Shown here piece by piece: positions 39,597 through 49,072 of a DNA stretch of 64,000 nt. Below the pieces are notes generated by a model. The model ran no database searches. It saw only the letters and a program-made list of their open reading frames with translations, and had not been told where the DNA came from. Origin of the DNA: a virus; IMG/VR virus record IMGVR_UViG_3300007623_000006, positions 32,001 through 96,000 of that record; one strand, given 5' to 3'. The first letter of the stretch is position 1. Each line of letters starts with the position of its first letter. The translations under genes were made by a program, and so were the position numbers.

Positions 39597-40543
39597 TTAG
39601 TATTAATAAAAATTTAGATTTACTTAACTCTGAATATGTATTTCAAAAGAACTCTATTGGAATGGATTATTATGATTATCCTAATAATATAAAGTTTACA
39701 ACATTTAAAGAGTTTAGATTTAGAGGGTATTATATTGGAGGTTCGTCTTCATCTTCAATGGCAGGTTCAAGTGTATCAATGACAGTTAGTGGCTTAAATG
39801 TACATACCAATGAATGGGAATCAATTGCTGCTTGTGTATATGTTTACACTCTAGTTTCAAACGCGTGGGGAGTATATTTTTATTTAAATGGTTCTAGACA
39901 AGGAACTAACACTGTTAAAAATGAAAATGGTAGAATTATGTGTGGGACTGTAGACTTGGGTAGTGTTGAGGATTATTCTGAATATAAAGCATCTATATCT
40001 TCTTCTAAGGGATATGTAGGTTTAAGTTATTTTGACGCTATTGCTGGTAATGTATCATCATTTATTTGCAATCAATCTACATTGAGTATGTTAGAATCAC
40101 TTAATACTAAATTATACCAAGGAAATGTTGAAAATTATAGTACAAAATTCATACAAGATAATGATATTATAAAAGAATCTATGTTACAGAATGGTGATTT
40201 GTCTGAAGAAGATAATAATTCTATAAAAATTTATAAAAAGAATGTTAATTTAATACATGAATTTGACTCGGACAATTGTTCTAATAAATTGATACTACCT
40301 ACCCCTCTTTTGCTTGACGTTACATATATTGAATCTGATGGACCATTTTATTTAATTTATTTAGTTCCAAAAACTATAATTAGAGAAGATAATAGTGAGA
40401 GTATAACTCACTTAAGTTATATGAAATTTAAAATTGGTTCAATTGATGACGATACGGCCGATATAAAATTAGATTATATAAATATAATAGATATGATAGA
40501 TAAACTTTCAATGAATGTTAAACTATCAAACATAATAAATTAG
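39593..40543 (+). CDS. Array family B, copy 2, with a beta-sandwich-like insert
   Basis: INKN N-terminus; SYMKF.IG...ADIKLDYINIIDMID. Confidence 0.7.
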   Translation: MISINKNLDLLNSEYVFQKNSIGMDYYDYPNNIKFTTFKEFRFRGYYIGGSSSSSMAGSSVSMTVSGLNVHTNEWESIAACVYVYTLVSNAWGVYFYLNGSRQGTNTVKNENGRIMCGTVDLGSVEDYSEYKASISSSKGYVGLSYFDAIAGNVSSFICNQSTLSMLESLNTKLYQGNVENYSTKFIQDNDIIKESMLQNGDLSEEDNNSIKIYKKNVNLIHEFDSDNCSNKLILPTPLLLDVTYIESDGPFYLIYLVPKTIIREDNSESITHLSYMKFKIGSIDDDTADIKLDYINIIDMIDKLSMNVKLSNIIN

Positions 40544-40553
40544 GAGAGAATTT

Positions 40554-41063
40554 ATGAGAGTATTAAACTTTTATGGTACAACATCGTGTTTTGTACCACA
40601 GAAAAATTCTTCTCTGCCGTTAGTAGAAGTAAACGCTACATATACAGGGAACAAAATGGTATTCTTTAAGGGTACTATTCCTTCGGTAGATGAATTGTAT
40701 GAAATAATGTCAGAGGATGAACTAAGAATTACATATGGAGCAGATATAGTTGCAGATATTGATGGTCTTGAGTTTTCATACACACAAGATAATACAAATT
40801 TAAGAAGAACTATTGCTAAAAAAGCAGATGTTAAAGATTTACCTTACTTACAAGACGGTACAATCACATGGTGTGCAATTATTTTAAGAGAAGATGTTGC
40901 TACTACAGGAAAAAGTGCTATAATATATACTGACAGTATAGGTCTTAGAGAACAAGATGATAAATTTATTACACTTGAATCTATTACAGGTTTAGCAAAT
41001 GGTACAAACTTATTAAGAGACTTTTCTATGATATTAACTGAAAAGTCAACTATGGAGTCATAA
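40554..41063 (+). CDS. Array family A, copy 3
   Basis: NFYG, FFKGTIP, DGTITW, YTDSIG, RDFSMIL. Confidence 0.7.
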   Translation: MRVLNFYGTTSCFVPQKNSSLPLVEVNATYTGNKMVFFKGTIPSVDELYEIMSEDELRITYGADIVADIDGLEFSYTQDNTNLRRTIAKKADVKDLPYLQDGTITWCAIILREDVATTGKSAIIYTDSIGLREQDDKFITLESITGLANGTNLLRDFSMILTEKSTMES

Positions 41064-41064
41064 T

Positions 41065-41679
41065 ATGTTAGCAGTAAATAAATTTTTTAATAATAATTAT
41101 AATAAAGTTTTATTAACACATTTTGTTGATAATAATGTGTCTGATGGTATGTATCTAGTTACAGGTGAATTTCTTGACATGATAGATTTGTTAAATTCTA
41201 CTGAATATAATACTGGATTTACAAGTGAGCATGGTACTCTTGTTCAAGTAATTGAAGGTTTATTTAGAGGAAATATAACAGCTCAACAAATGTTAGATGA
41301 AGGTCATATAACAGATACTGATGGAATTCAAAGAAGACAATTTGCTGGTTACAGTAGTTCTTATAAAACTACATTATATGACGACAATGACGGTGTTATG
41401 AAAATAGTATACACACAGCCATTATCAATCACACCAGGTTTTTATAGAAACGAAGTTGACGGAACTGTTAATAGTGATTTATATATTGTATTCTTTAATA
41501 ATACTACTTGTAGTTACTATAAACCAAGTGATAATTCAAACAGAATTATGACATCATATGTTGCATTTAGTGTTACAGAACAAGGTATGGGTGGTGATAT
41601 TGAACTAGACCATACAGATTTAATTGATTATTTGGATGCATTTGAAATTCAAGTTGCATTACCAAAAGAAATAGTATAA
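41065..41679 (+). CDS. Array family B, copy 3 (shortest)
   Basis: VNKFFN; SYVAFSV..QG.GGDIELDHTDLIDYLD. Confidence 0.7.
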   Translation: MLAVNKFFNNNYNKVLLTHFVDNNVSDGMYLVTGEFLDMIDLLNSTEYNTGFTSEHGTLVQVIEGLFRGNITAQQMLDEGHITDTDGIQRRQFAGYSSSYKTTLYDDNDGVMKIVYTQPLSITPGFYRNEVDGTVNSDLYIVFFNNTTCSYYKPSDNSNRIMTSYVAFSVTEQGMGGDIELDHTDLIDYLDAFEIQVALPKEIV

Positions 41680-41693
41680 GAGGAGTTTTATAA

Positions 41694-42245
41694 ATGAAAG
41701 CAAGTAATATTTTTGGAATGGCGTTTCACTTTATGCCAAGAGATTTGAGTGCAAGAAGTTCAGATACTGAAATTAGAAGAGGTGAAAATATAGTTACACA
41801 AAATAATGTAATTTATCTTATGACAGGTGTTATGCCAGATACTGATACTTTATATGATATTAATAATATGGATGAGTTTGAGGCTGCATATGGTTCACAA
41901 CAAATTTCTAAATTTGAAGATAATGAGTTCACTTATTATTATGATAGATTAAAAAAGATTAGAACTATTCAAAAAACAGTTGACGCATTAAATTTTACAC
42001 ACGATGTAGATGGTGCTGTTACATGGTTTGCAGTTAAGATGACAGATGTAGATGGTGTTCAGTACGCTGAAGATGGTGTGACTGAAGAACAAACATTTAT
42101 ATTTAGTGACAGTGTTGGTACATGGTTAGATACTGATAGAGCAATGGTGCTTTCAAATAAAGAATCACAAGTTGCTGGTTCTGAAAATATTTTAAAAGAT
42201 TTCGTATTAGTTATTCAGGATAAATTAACTGACGAAACTGTATAA
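41694..42245 (+). CDS. Array family A, copy 4
   Basis: NIFG, TGVMP, DGAVTWF, FSDSVG, KDFVLVIQD. Confidence 0.7.
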   Translation: MKASNIFGMAFHFMPRDLSARSSDTEIRRGENIVTQNNVIYLMTGVMPDTDTLYDINNMDEFEAAYGSQQISKFEDNEFTYYYDRLKKIRTIQKTVDALNFTHDVDGAVTWFAVKMTDVDGVQYAEDGVTEEQTFIFSDSVGTWLDTDRAMVLSNKESQVAGSENILKDFVLVIQDKLTDETV

Positions 42246-42257
42246 TAGGAGTTAATT

Positions 42258-43448
42258 ATGTCAAGGTTAGTTATTAATAAGAATTTTCAAAAGAAATATC
42301 TTAGTACTGCTTATAAAACACTAGTTGCTCCTGATGTTCCTATGCACATTTATGGGTATGAACACCCAAATGCTGGGTATAGAGGTTATTTTTATTTTGC
42401 ATATACTAATGTACATGAGTTTTTGGATAGGTTGGATTATATACATAATTCTTCATACATTGAATATAACAATTATAGTTCTCCTAATGCATACTATAGA
42501 CTATTAGACGCGTTTAATGGTTCATATTGGTATGGGATTACTGGTTCGGCGGTAAGACAAGATACAGGCCTCCCAAGTAATTTATTTTTAGTAAATGAAA
42601 GTGTGCTAAAAGTTATAGATAAAATTAATATAAAGTTAAGAGAAGGTTTAGATACATTACCAAAGGTAACAGATTATTATGCAAATTATTCTATATCATC
42701 TTTAAGTGAAGAAGACCAAAATATATTTATGTCAAAAGAAATAAATCCGTATTGGTTAGGTCAGACATTTTTATCAAATGATAAGTCTATAAGACATAGT
42801 GCATTTCAAGCATTTGCATATATTGGTGTAATAACAGAAGAAGAAGCAGACTTAATGAATAATATGTTTATTAGAATAAAAAAATATAGTTCTGTTGAAG
42901 ATAGAAGTACTTTACTTTTTGGTGAATCTTTTATGAGGTCAGACGAGTACAACTTAGAATACAATGCTGAATCTAACACAATTGATTATGAATTACAATC
43001 TACTGAATCTGTATATAAAGTTTGTGTTGAGAATGAGTACGATAATCTAGTTAATAATGGTTATGTTCAAAGTGTTAACAACCCTCTAAATGAACAATTA
43101 TATATAATAGATTTTGCTTATAATGACCATAAGTTTGATAGAACTAACCATGACTTTGGTACTACAGATTATTATTATGTATATAATAATAGTATTTCGT
43201 CTACTACAAGACTTGTATATAGTCATGGTGGAAGTGCTGTTGTTGATTTATATTCTGCAGCGTATTTAAAGACACCAATTAGAAAATTTTATAATGAACA
43301 AAATGGAAAAGTAGTTCCGCAGTTATCTTATATAGCATTGTCTGTTTCGGAAACTGGTCAAGGTGCTGATATTGAATTTGATAAAATAGATGAGATTGAG
43401 TATATTGACAATCTTAAATTTAGATTTAGAATACCAAAAGAATACTAG
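42258..43448 (+). CDS. Array family B, copy 4 (longest, Tyr-rich)
   Basis: INKNFQKKY; SYIALSVSETGQGADIEFDKIDEIEYID. Confidence 0.7.
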   Translation: MSRLVINKNFQKKYLSTAYKTLVAPDVPMHIYGYEHPNAGYRGYFYFAYTNVHEFLDRLDYIHNSSYIEYNNYSSPNAYYRLLDAFNGSYWYGITGSAVRQDTGLPSNLFLVNESVLKVIDKINIKLREGLDTLPKVTDYYANYSISSLSEEDQNIFMSKEINPYWLGQTFLSNDKSIRHSAFQAFAYIGVITEEEADLMNNMFIRIKKYSSVEDRSTLLFGESFMRSDEYNLEYNAESNTIDYELQSTESVYKVCVENEYDNLVNNGYVQSVNNPLNEQLYIIDFAYNDHKFDRTNHDFGTTDYYYVYNNSISSTTRLVYSHGGSAVVDLYSAAYLKTPIRKFYNEQNGKVVPQLSYIALSVSETGQGADIEFDKIDEIEYIDNLKFRFRIPKEY

Positions 43449-43457
43449 GAGATTAAA

Positions 43458-44186
43458 ATGGCAAACATAGTAATAAATAAGAATTTTAATAAGAAGTATC
43501 TTTGGAGATATGTCGACCAAACATTTAAAATAAAAACAACATACAGTAGATGGATTATAACTAATGATACATTAGATGCAACAGGAATAAACAGTTCATA
43601 TAGAACTGTATTCTTGACAAATCAGACTACATTATCATTATTTGATAAAATATCTTCTCACTATAAAAACATTGATATGGGAGATTTACAAGCATATGAT
43701 TTTTTAAGTACAATAATCAATACAATGTTACAAACAGATGACGATACATATTACATTAGAGCAATGGACAAACTTGTAGCAGACGGCGCATTGACACAAG
43801 AAGAAGCTAATTCAATATATGTTAATAAATTAACAGATGTTGTTTCTATTAATGCATCTGTTAATATTGACGGTGTTATATCATTTAGTATAATTGAACC
43901 TAACAAACTGTATAGAAGATACGAGCAAACTGTTGATAACCCTACTAATGAACAAATGTATTTATGCTTTATTCCAGAAGAGAGTGGGTATTTTATAGGG
44001 TCTAACTATTATTCAACTCTATATCATACTGCAGTTGAAAATGAAAATGTTAAACAAAGTTTAAGATATGCTGCTATGTCTATTGGTGACACTGGTACTG
44101 AAGATATCGTGTTTGATTATACTGGTATAATTGATTATTTAGATACATTTGAATTTAATATTAATCTTCCAAGAGTAATCTCTTAG
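43458..44186 (+). CDS. Array family B, copy 5
   Basis: INKNFNKKY; DIVFDYTGIIDYLD...LPRVI. Confidence 0.7.
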   Translation: MANIVINKNFNKKYLWRYVDQTFKIKTTYSRWIITNDTLDATGINSSYRTVFLTNQTTLSLFDKISSHYKNIDMGDLQAYDFLSTIINTMLQTDDDTYYIRAMDKLVADGALTQEEANSIYVNKLTDVVSINASVNIDGVISFSIIEPNKLYRRYEQTVDNPTNEQMYLCFIPEESGYFIGSNYYSTLYHTAVENENVKQSLRYAAMSIGDTGTEDIVFDYTGIIDYLDTFEFNINLPRVIS

Positions 44187-44196
44187 GAGGGTTGAT

Positions 44197-44967
44197 ATGA
44201 GACTAACAGTTAATAAAAATTTTAATAAAAAATATCTTTATAGATATACAGAATTGTTTTTTAACCAGCCAGAATTAATAACATATCATACAGGTTCATC
44301 ATCTATGATATTTAGACATCCATCTATAATTTTTTCAGATTATAAAAATGACACTACAACTACAGAATGGGCATATTACAGATTTATTTGTAATCAAGAT
44401 TTTATAGATGTTATGGATATAGTTAATAATATGGACAATCCAAAAAGTTATATAATTAATCAAACGCTTGTTTCTGGTAGTGATATATATAGAGACGCAA
44501 TGCTTCAGCAATTATTTGATGATAATATTATAACACAATCACAAAGAGAAAATAGTAAATTTTATCCGATTTACGGTGCACATGATTATTTATCTTCATT
44601 TAAATATAATGAAGAAAAAAATGATATTTATGTTAATTATTCACATAATACGATTTTTTCACTTGATTATAAAATAGATAATAACATCGAAGAAAATTTA
44701 TTTTTTGTATATCTTTCTAGAACAACTCCTATGTTTAGTGAAAATAAAGATTACAGTTTTCAAGTAGCTGCATATGGTGCACCTTATCATGATGTTGTTG
44801 TTCAAAGAGGTGTTGGGTTTGAGAAAAATGACGGTTCTACTAAAACTGTCGTTCCATATATAGCATTAGATATGAAATCAGACCTTGGGTTTGATTATAT
44901 TGATAAGATTACACATATAGATAATTTTTCATTTAACATTAATTTTATAAAAGAGTACACTCTTTAA
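44197..44967 (+). CDS. Array family B, copy 6
   Basis: VNKNFNKKY; YIAL...DLGFDYIDKITHID. Confidence 0.7.
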   Translation: MRLTVNKNFNKKYLYRYTELFFNQPELITYHTGSSSMIFRHPSIIFSDYKNDTTTTEWAYYRFICNQDFIDVMDIVNNMDNPKSYIINQTLVSGSDIYRDAMLQQLFDDNIITQSQRENSKFYPIYGAHDYLSSFKYNEEKNDIYVNYSHNTIFSLDYKIDNNIEENLFFVYLSRTTPMFSENKDYSFQVAAYGAPYHDVVVQRGVGFEKNDGSTKTVVPYIALDMKSDLGFDYIDKITHIDNFSFNINFIKEYTL

Positions 44968-44980
44968 TTACTTTTTAAAA

Positions 44981-45022
44981 TTTAAGTGAACTTATGTTAT
45001 ACTAAACATATTTTCACTTAAA
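44981..45022 (+). promoter_or_regulatory. Sigma70-like promoter TTAAGT-N10-TATACT flanked by a 10-bp inverted repeat
   Basis: TTTAAGTGAA (44981-44990) and TTCACTTAAA (45013-45022); TATACT at 44998-45003. Confidence 0.6.
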
Positions 45023-45030
45023 GGCTCATA

Positions 45031-45843
45031 ATGTCAAACACAAACGACATAAAACTATACAACACAGATGAAATTTTCGCATTAAATCCTGATATGAATA
45101 TTAATATTGTTAGTGCTGACGGTAAGCCAATACTTATTATAGATGATTTTTATAAAAATCCTGATTTAGTTAGAGATTTAGCAATAAACACCCCAATACC
45201 TTCAACTAACCGGTCATATGCGTCTGGATATCCTGGTAAAAGAGGGTTATTAGGCGGTTTTATTGATAATAAACAATTTTATGAAAAAGTCAGTGATATA
45301 CTTTTAAAAAGCTTAGATATACACCATTTTGTTAAGGAAGGTACTATTTTAGACAATGGTGGTGACTTTATTGTAAATGTATTTGATAGTGAAGAGAATA
45401 TATCAAATGAGAATAGATTTACCTTACCACATACTGACCCTAGTTTAGTTGCATCAGTTATATATTTAAACAAAGAGGATGAAGACCCGGTAGGAACTGG
45501 TATATATAAACATAAATCTGGATATTCTTTCAAACCAAACAATGACGCACACTTATTTTGGATATGTAAACAAGAAGATGATTTACCACACAATTATATG
45601 GAAGGTTTACAAACAGTAATAAAATCAATTGACTTAGCTGAAAAACAAGGTAACCATGTATTAGATGGTAACGATGAATGGGAATGTATTGCTCGTTCAA
45701 CTGGTGCTTATAATCAATTTATAGGGTATGTTGCAGGTATGTTTCATTCACCATTAATAGACTACAATATATTTAAAGACAAAAATTATAAGAGAATTAA
45801 CCAAGTTATTTTTTGGGACCCAAGCAGGAGATATAATAAATGA
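45031..45843 (+). CDS. 2OG-Fe(II) oxygenase-fold protein (DUF6445-like)
   Basis: IIDDFYKNPD.VR, YPGKR, PHTD (HxD), VIYLN, GTGIY, FHS (distal His), RINQV (2OG-binding Arg). Confidence 0.8.
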   Translation: MSNTNDIKLYNTDEIFALNPDMNINIVSADGKPILIIDDFYKNPDLVRDLAINTPIPSTNRSYASGYPGKRGLLGGFIDNKQFYEKVSDILLKSLDIHHFVKEGTILDNGGDFIVNVFDSEENISNENRFTLPHTDPSLVASVIYLNKEDEDPVGTGIYKHKSGYSFKPNNDAHLFWICKQEDDLPHNYMEGLQTVIKSIDLAEKQGNHVLDGNDEWECIARSTGAYNQFIGYVAGMFHSPLIDYNIFKDKNYKRINQVIFWDPSRRYNK

Positions 45844-46952
45844 TAACAGATATCAAAGAAATTGAAACATATTCGTGGACAACACCATATCACAAGGAAA
45901 AGGGTGCTTTTAGTATACCATATTATTCAGGTATAACACACCCTGAAATGAATTTTGACCATAATTTTGAAAGTTTTTTAGATGAATACAGTGATTGGAT
46001 TCATGACATATATTTTACACCACCAACAGTTCTACCATTTGAGAATGATTCAATGGGAATGGGTAAACAAATGACTGACGATGAAAAAGATGCAGTACTT
46101 GATAAATTGTTAGGTTACCAAGAAAAATATGGTATTCCAATTTCAGCAACATTTAATGATACAAGTATTTTAAAAACTGAAAAGCAACTGAAACAGTTTA
46201 TTGAAAACTTCCGACCACTATACGAAAAAGGGGTTAGAAACATTACACTTGCTCCAGTTATATGGATGTTAACTGGTGAGATTAAAAAAGCATATCCAGA
46301 CTTATATATTAAGAATACTGTATTAACAAGAGTTAGAGACGGACAAATGTTTTGGGACCACGCTGAAGCAGGGTTTGATTATATTAACATTGATAGAGAG
46401 TTAATGAGAAATGAAGATGGATTAAAAAGTGTTAAAAAAGCACAATTAAAATTTTATGAAGAAACTGGTAAATATATTCCAATTGCTTTACTAGCAAATG
46501 AGAGTTGTAGAGGTAAATGTCCGGTAATGGATGAACATTATCATTATAACCAAAACAGTCATAAAAATGATAATGTACCTTATTTTGGTACACCAATATC
46601 ACAATTCACTTGCCCTCATTGGCAAAAAACGGTACCTGGATATGTATTAAAGCAAGCAAACTTTGTACCACTAAATAGTCAAATAGACTGGGTTATGCAA
46701 TATATCGATGTATTTAAGATGCATGGTAGAGCAACACCAGACTTAATGATGAATAGTTTAGGATTTATTAATGAATTTATTAGAGATGATGGTATCGAAA
46801 TTCCATTTGAACCTGAATTATACACAAAATGGTTAAAAGTTATTAAAAACTGTAAATTTCAATGTTATGATTGTAATTTATGTGGTCAGGTCGAGGATTC
46901 AATAGAAAAAACAAACCAAAAATACTTAATTAATCCTACATTATTTCATTAA
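45840..46952 (+). CDS. Peptidase-U32-like (UbiU/TrhP-type fold) Cys-rich Fe-S protein
   Basis: GFDYINIDRELMRN, LLANESCRGKCP, FTC, DVFKMHGR (compare U32 DSLKIEGR), C-terminal CKFQCYDCNLC. Confidence 0.72.
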   Translation: MITDIKEIETYSWTTPYHKEKGAFSIPYYSGITHPEMNFDHNFESFLDEYSDWIHDIYFTPPTVLPFENDSMGMGKQMTDDEKDAVLDKLLGYQEKYGIPISATFNDTSILKTEKQLKQFIENFRPLYEKGVRNITLAPVIWMLTGEIKKAYPDLYIKNTVLTRVRDGQMFWDHAEAGFDYINIDRELMRNEDGLKSVKKAQLKFYEETGKYIPIALLANESCRGKCPVMDEHYHYNQNSHKNDNVPYFGTPISQFTCPHWQKTVPGYVLKQANFVPLNSQIDWVMQYIDVFKMHGRATPDLMMNSLGFINEFIRDDGIEIPFEPELYTKWLKVIKNCKFQCYDCNLCGQVEDSIEKTNQKYLINPTLFH

Positions 46953-46955
46953 AAG

Positions 46956-46963
46956 TATAAATA
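46956..46963 (+). promoter_or_regulatory. Late promoter TATAAATA resuming the structural array
   Basis: Exact consensus right after the U32 stop codon. Confidence 0.7.
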
Positions 46964-46980
46964 TCGTAAAAAGGGTTGTG

Positions 46981-47493
46981 ATGTTCACTTCAAATTTTTA
47001 CGGTATTCCTTATTACTTAATGCCAACACAAAACCCAATTATCAATACAGGTACTCAACCTAGTACAATCGCAGAAGATAATGTTTGGTTGTATTTTTTT
47101 AGTGGTGTTATGCCTGAATCATATGTATTATCTGACATCACCAACTTAGGGGAACTTATAGCATTTTACAACCCAGTATCTGTTGTACCCGACTTAACTA
47201 TGGAGTATCGATATGATACAGATGTTAAGCAAAAGCAAATGTCAATCTTATTAGAAGAACCTTTAACTGCATCATTTAGAAAAAATGGAGTAGTTTCATG
47301 GATGGCAGTTGTAGGAAGACTTGATGAAACAGATGACACTAGATTTATGTTTTTTAGTGATGGAATTGGAAGTGTAGATGAAAAATACAAACCTGTTATA
47401 ATAGATAACTTTAATGGTGTTATTGGTGAAGAGTACAATATATTAAAAGTTGACTTTATTATAAGAGATTTACCTAGTAGTGAGATTATATGA
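46981..47493 (+). CDS. Array family A, copy 5
   Basis: SNFYG, FFSGVMP, NGVVSW, FSDGIG, DFIIRD. Confidence 0.7.
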   Translation: MFTSNFYGIPYYLMPTQNPIINTGTQPSTIAEDNVWLYFFSGVMPESYVLSDITNLGELIAFYNPVSVVPDLTMEYRYDTDVKQKQMSILLEEPLTASFRKNGVVSWMAVVGRLDETDDTRFMFFSDGIGSVDEKYKPVIIDNFNGVIGEEYNILKVDFIIRDLPSSEII

Positions 47494-48245
47494 GATTAGT
47501 AGTTAACAAAAAAACAAAAAAAGAATTATTCACACATTTAACTGACATTATATTTCCTACAGACGACTACTGGTTATCTGATACTATATCGGTTTATACT
47601 GACTTAAGCACAAGCACCTCAACTGAAAATGTACCATATCAACTATTCTTATGGGTACCTGAAACTTTTATTGAAACACTTGAAATTATTAATACTACAG
47701 TAAGAGAAAACAAGATAAACATAGGTGTTGATTTAGGTTTATTTTTTAATACACTTTACTTTGGTGGTGATACTAGTAGAATAGGTGCATTAAACTTATT
47801 AGTGGAAAAATATATAATAACAGAACAGAACCGTAATACAATTATAAGTCTTTTTTCACATTTTACTAATTTTGACCCTAATTTCTTTTATAGGGAATTT
47901 GATAAATCAATAGATAGATACAAGTATTATTATAGTGGAACTATGGGCTTAAAAAACACATATAAAATTGCAAATAACTTGACATTAGATAAAATGTATG
48001 TTATAATACCTGTATTAACACCAATTAGTTTTAGTGAAACTGGGCCAATACCAGGTACTAATGGTTTATATAGTTCAATTATACCACTTTATTCTCCTAA
48101 ACTAGGAAGATTAGTTAGTCATTGCTCATATATGGGTCTAGAAGTAACAGAGATAGACGAGAACTTCTTTTACTCTGAAACTGAAACTTACACGCAACTT
48201 AAACCTTTTGAGTGGTATATGACAATTCCTGATACGGTTGTATAA
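47490..48245 (+). CDS. Array family B, copy 7 (divergent)
   Basis: MRLVVNKK; MYVII...SYMGLEV...IPDTVV. Confidence 0.65.
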   Translation: MRLVVNKKTKKELFTHLTDIIFPTDDYWLSDTISVYTDLSTSTSTENVPYQLFLWVPETFIETLEIINTTVRENKINIGVDLGLFFNTLYFGGDTSRIGALNLLVEKYIITEQNRNTIISLFSHFTNFDPNFFYREFDKSIDRYKYYYSGTMGLKNTYKIANNLTLDKMYVIIPVLTPISFSETGPIPGTNGLYSSIIPLYSPKLGRLVSHCSYMGLEVTEIDENFFYSETETYTQLKPFEWYMTIPDTVV

Positions 48246-49072
48246 TGGAAGAAATATTAGATAAAATAACATCTTTAATAAGTGAAGATGAAGATAAATT
48301 TTATACAAATCTAGCAGCTCATAAAAGTGGGTTTGATACAGATTACAAAGAAATTATATCAAAATACCTATTACATAAAGATATAGTAAAAGAACACATA
48401 TTTAAACAAAAACCACACTTAGCAAAGGGGTTTGTTAAAAGCGAAGGTAAGTTAGATAAGTTTATTAATCACATACCTGTAGTACATAATTTAGACTTAT
48501 ATGATGATAGTGTTATAAGGGCAGATTTAAATAGTAATAACTTACACTTATATGCTCAAAAGTTTAATATTTTAAGTGATTTAACAAAAGAAAAATTTTA
48601 CTTATTAATTGAGTTGAGTAATATAAGTGTTGTTATTAATAACGATTTAAGAATACCTGTTAAATACCTAAAACCTAACTGTACTATATTGTATATTAAT
48701 TATATGGCAAATAAACCAGACTTTGAAGATTTCTTAAGCCAATTTGATAACTCAAAATATATACTTCAAAATTATCATCACTTAAAACACCCTAACATAA
48801 CATCATATGTTATGAGATATGTAACAATGATAACAAAAGAAAGTTTAGAAAATCTTATAAATGTAGGATTCACATTAAGAGATATATTAACACATAGACC
48901 ACAATTTTTACCATTATCATTGGATTATATAAATACAATAGATGATTTAAAAATTGTTTTAAAATGTGTCGACACAACAACATCTGTAGAAGTAATAAAC
49001 CATTTATATACCAAACTACCACATTTTAAAACAATTATTGATGAAAGAATAAAAAGGTTGATGAATGGCTAG
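48245..49072 (+). CDS. Hypothetical protein
   Basis: 275 aa, overlaps both neighbours, no recognisable motif. Confidence 0.65.
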   Translation: MEEILDKITSLISEDEDKFYTNLAAHKSGFDTDYKEIISKYLLHKDIVKEHIFKQKPHLAKGFVKSEGKLDKFINHIPVVHNLDLYDDSVIRADLNSNNLHLYAQKFNILSDLTKEKFYLLIELSNISVVINNDLRIPVKYLKPNCTILYINYMANKPDFEDFLSQFDNSKYILQNYHHLKHPNITSYVMRYVTMITKESLENLINVGFTLRDILTHRPQFLPLSLDYINTIDDLKIVLKCVDTTTSVEVINHLYTKLPHFKTIIDERIKRLMNG

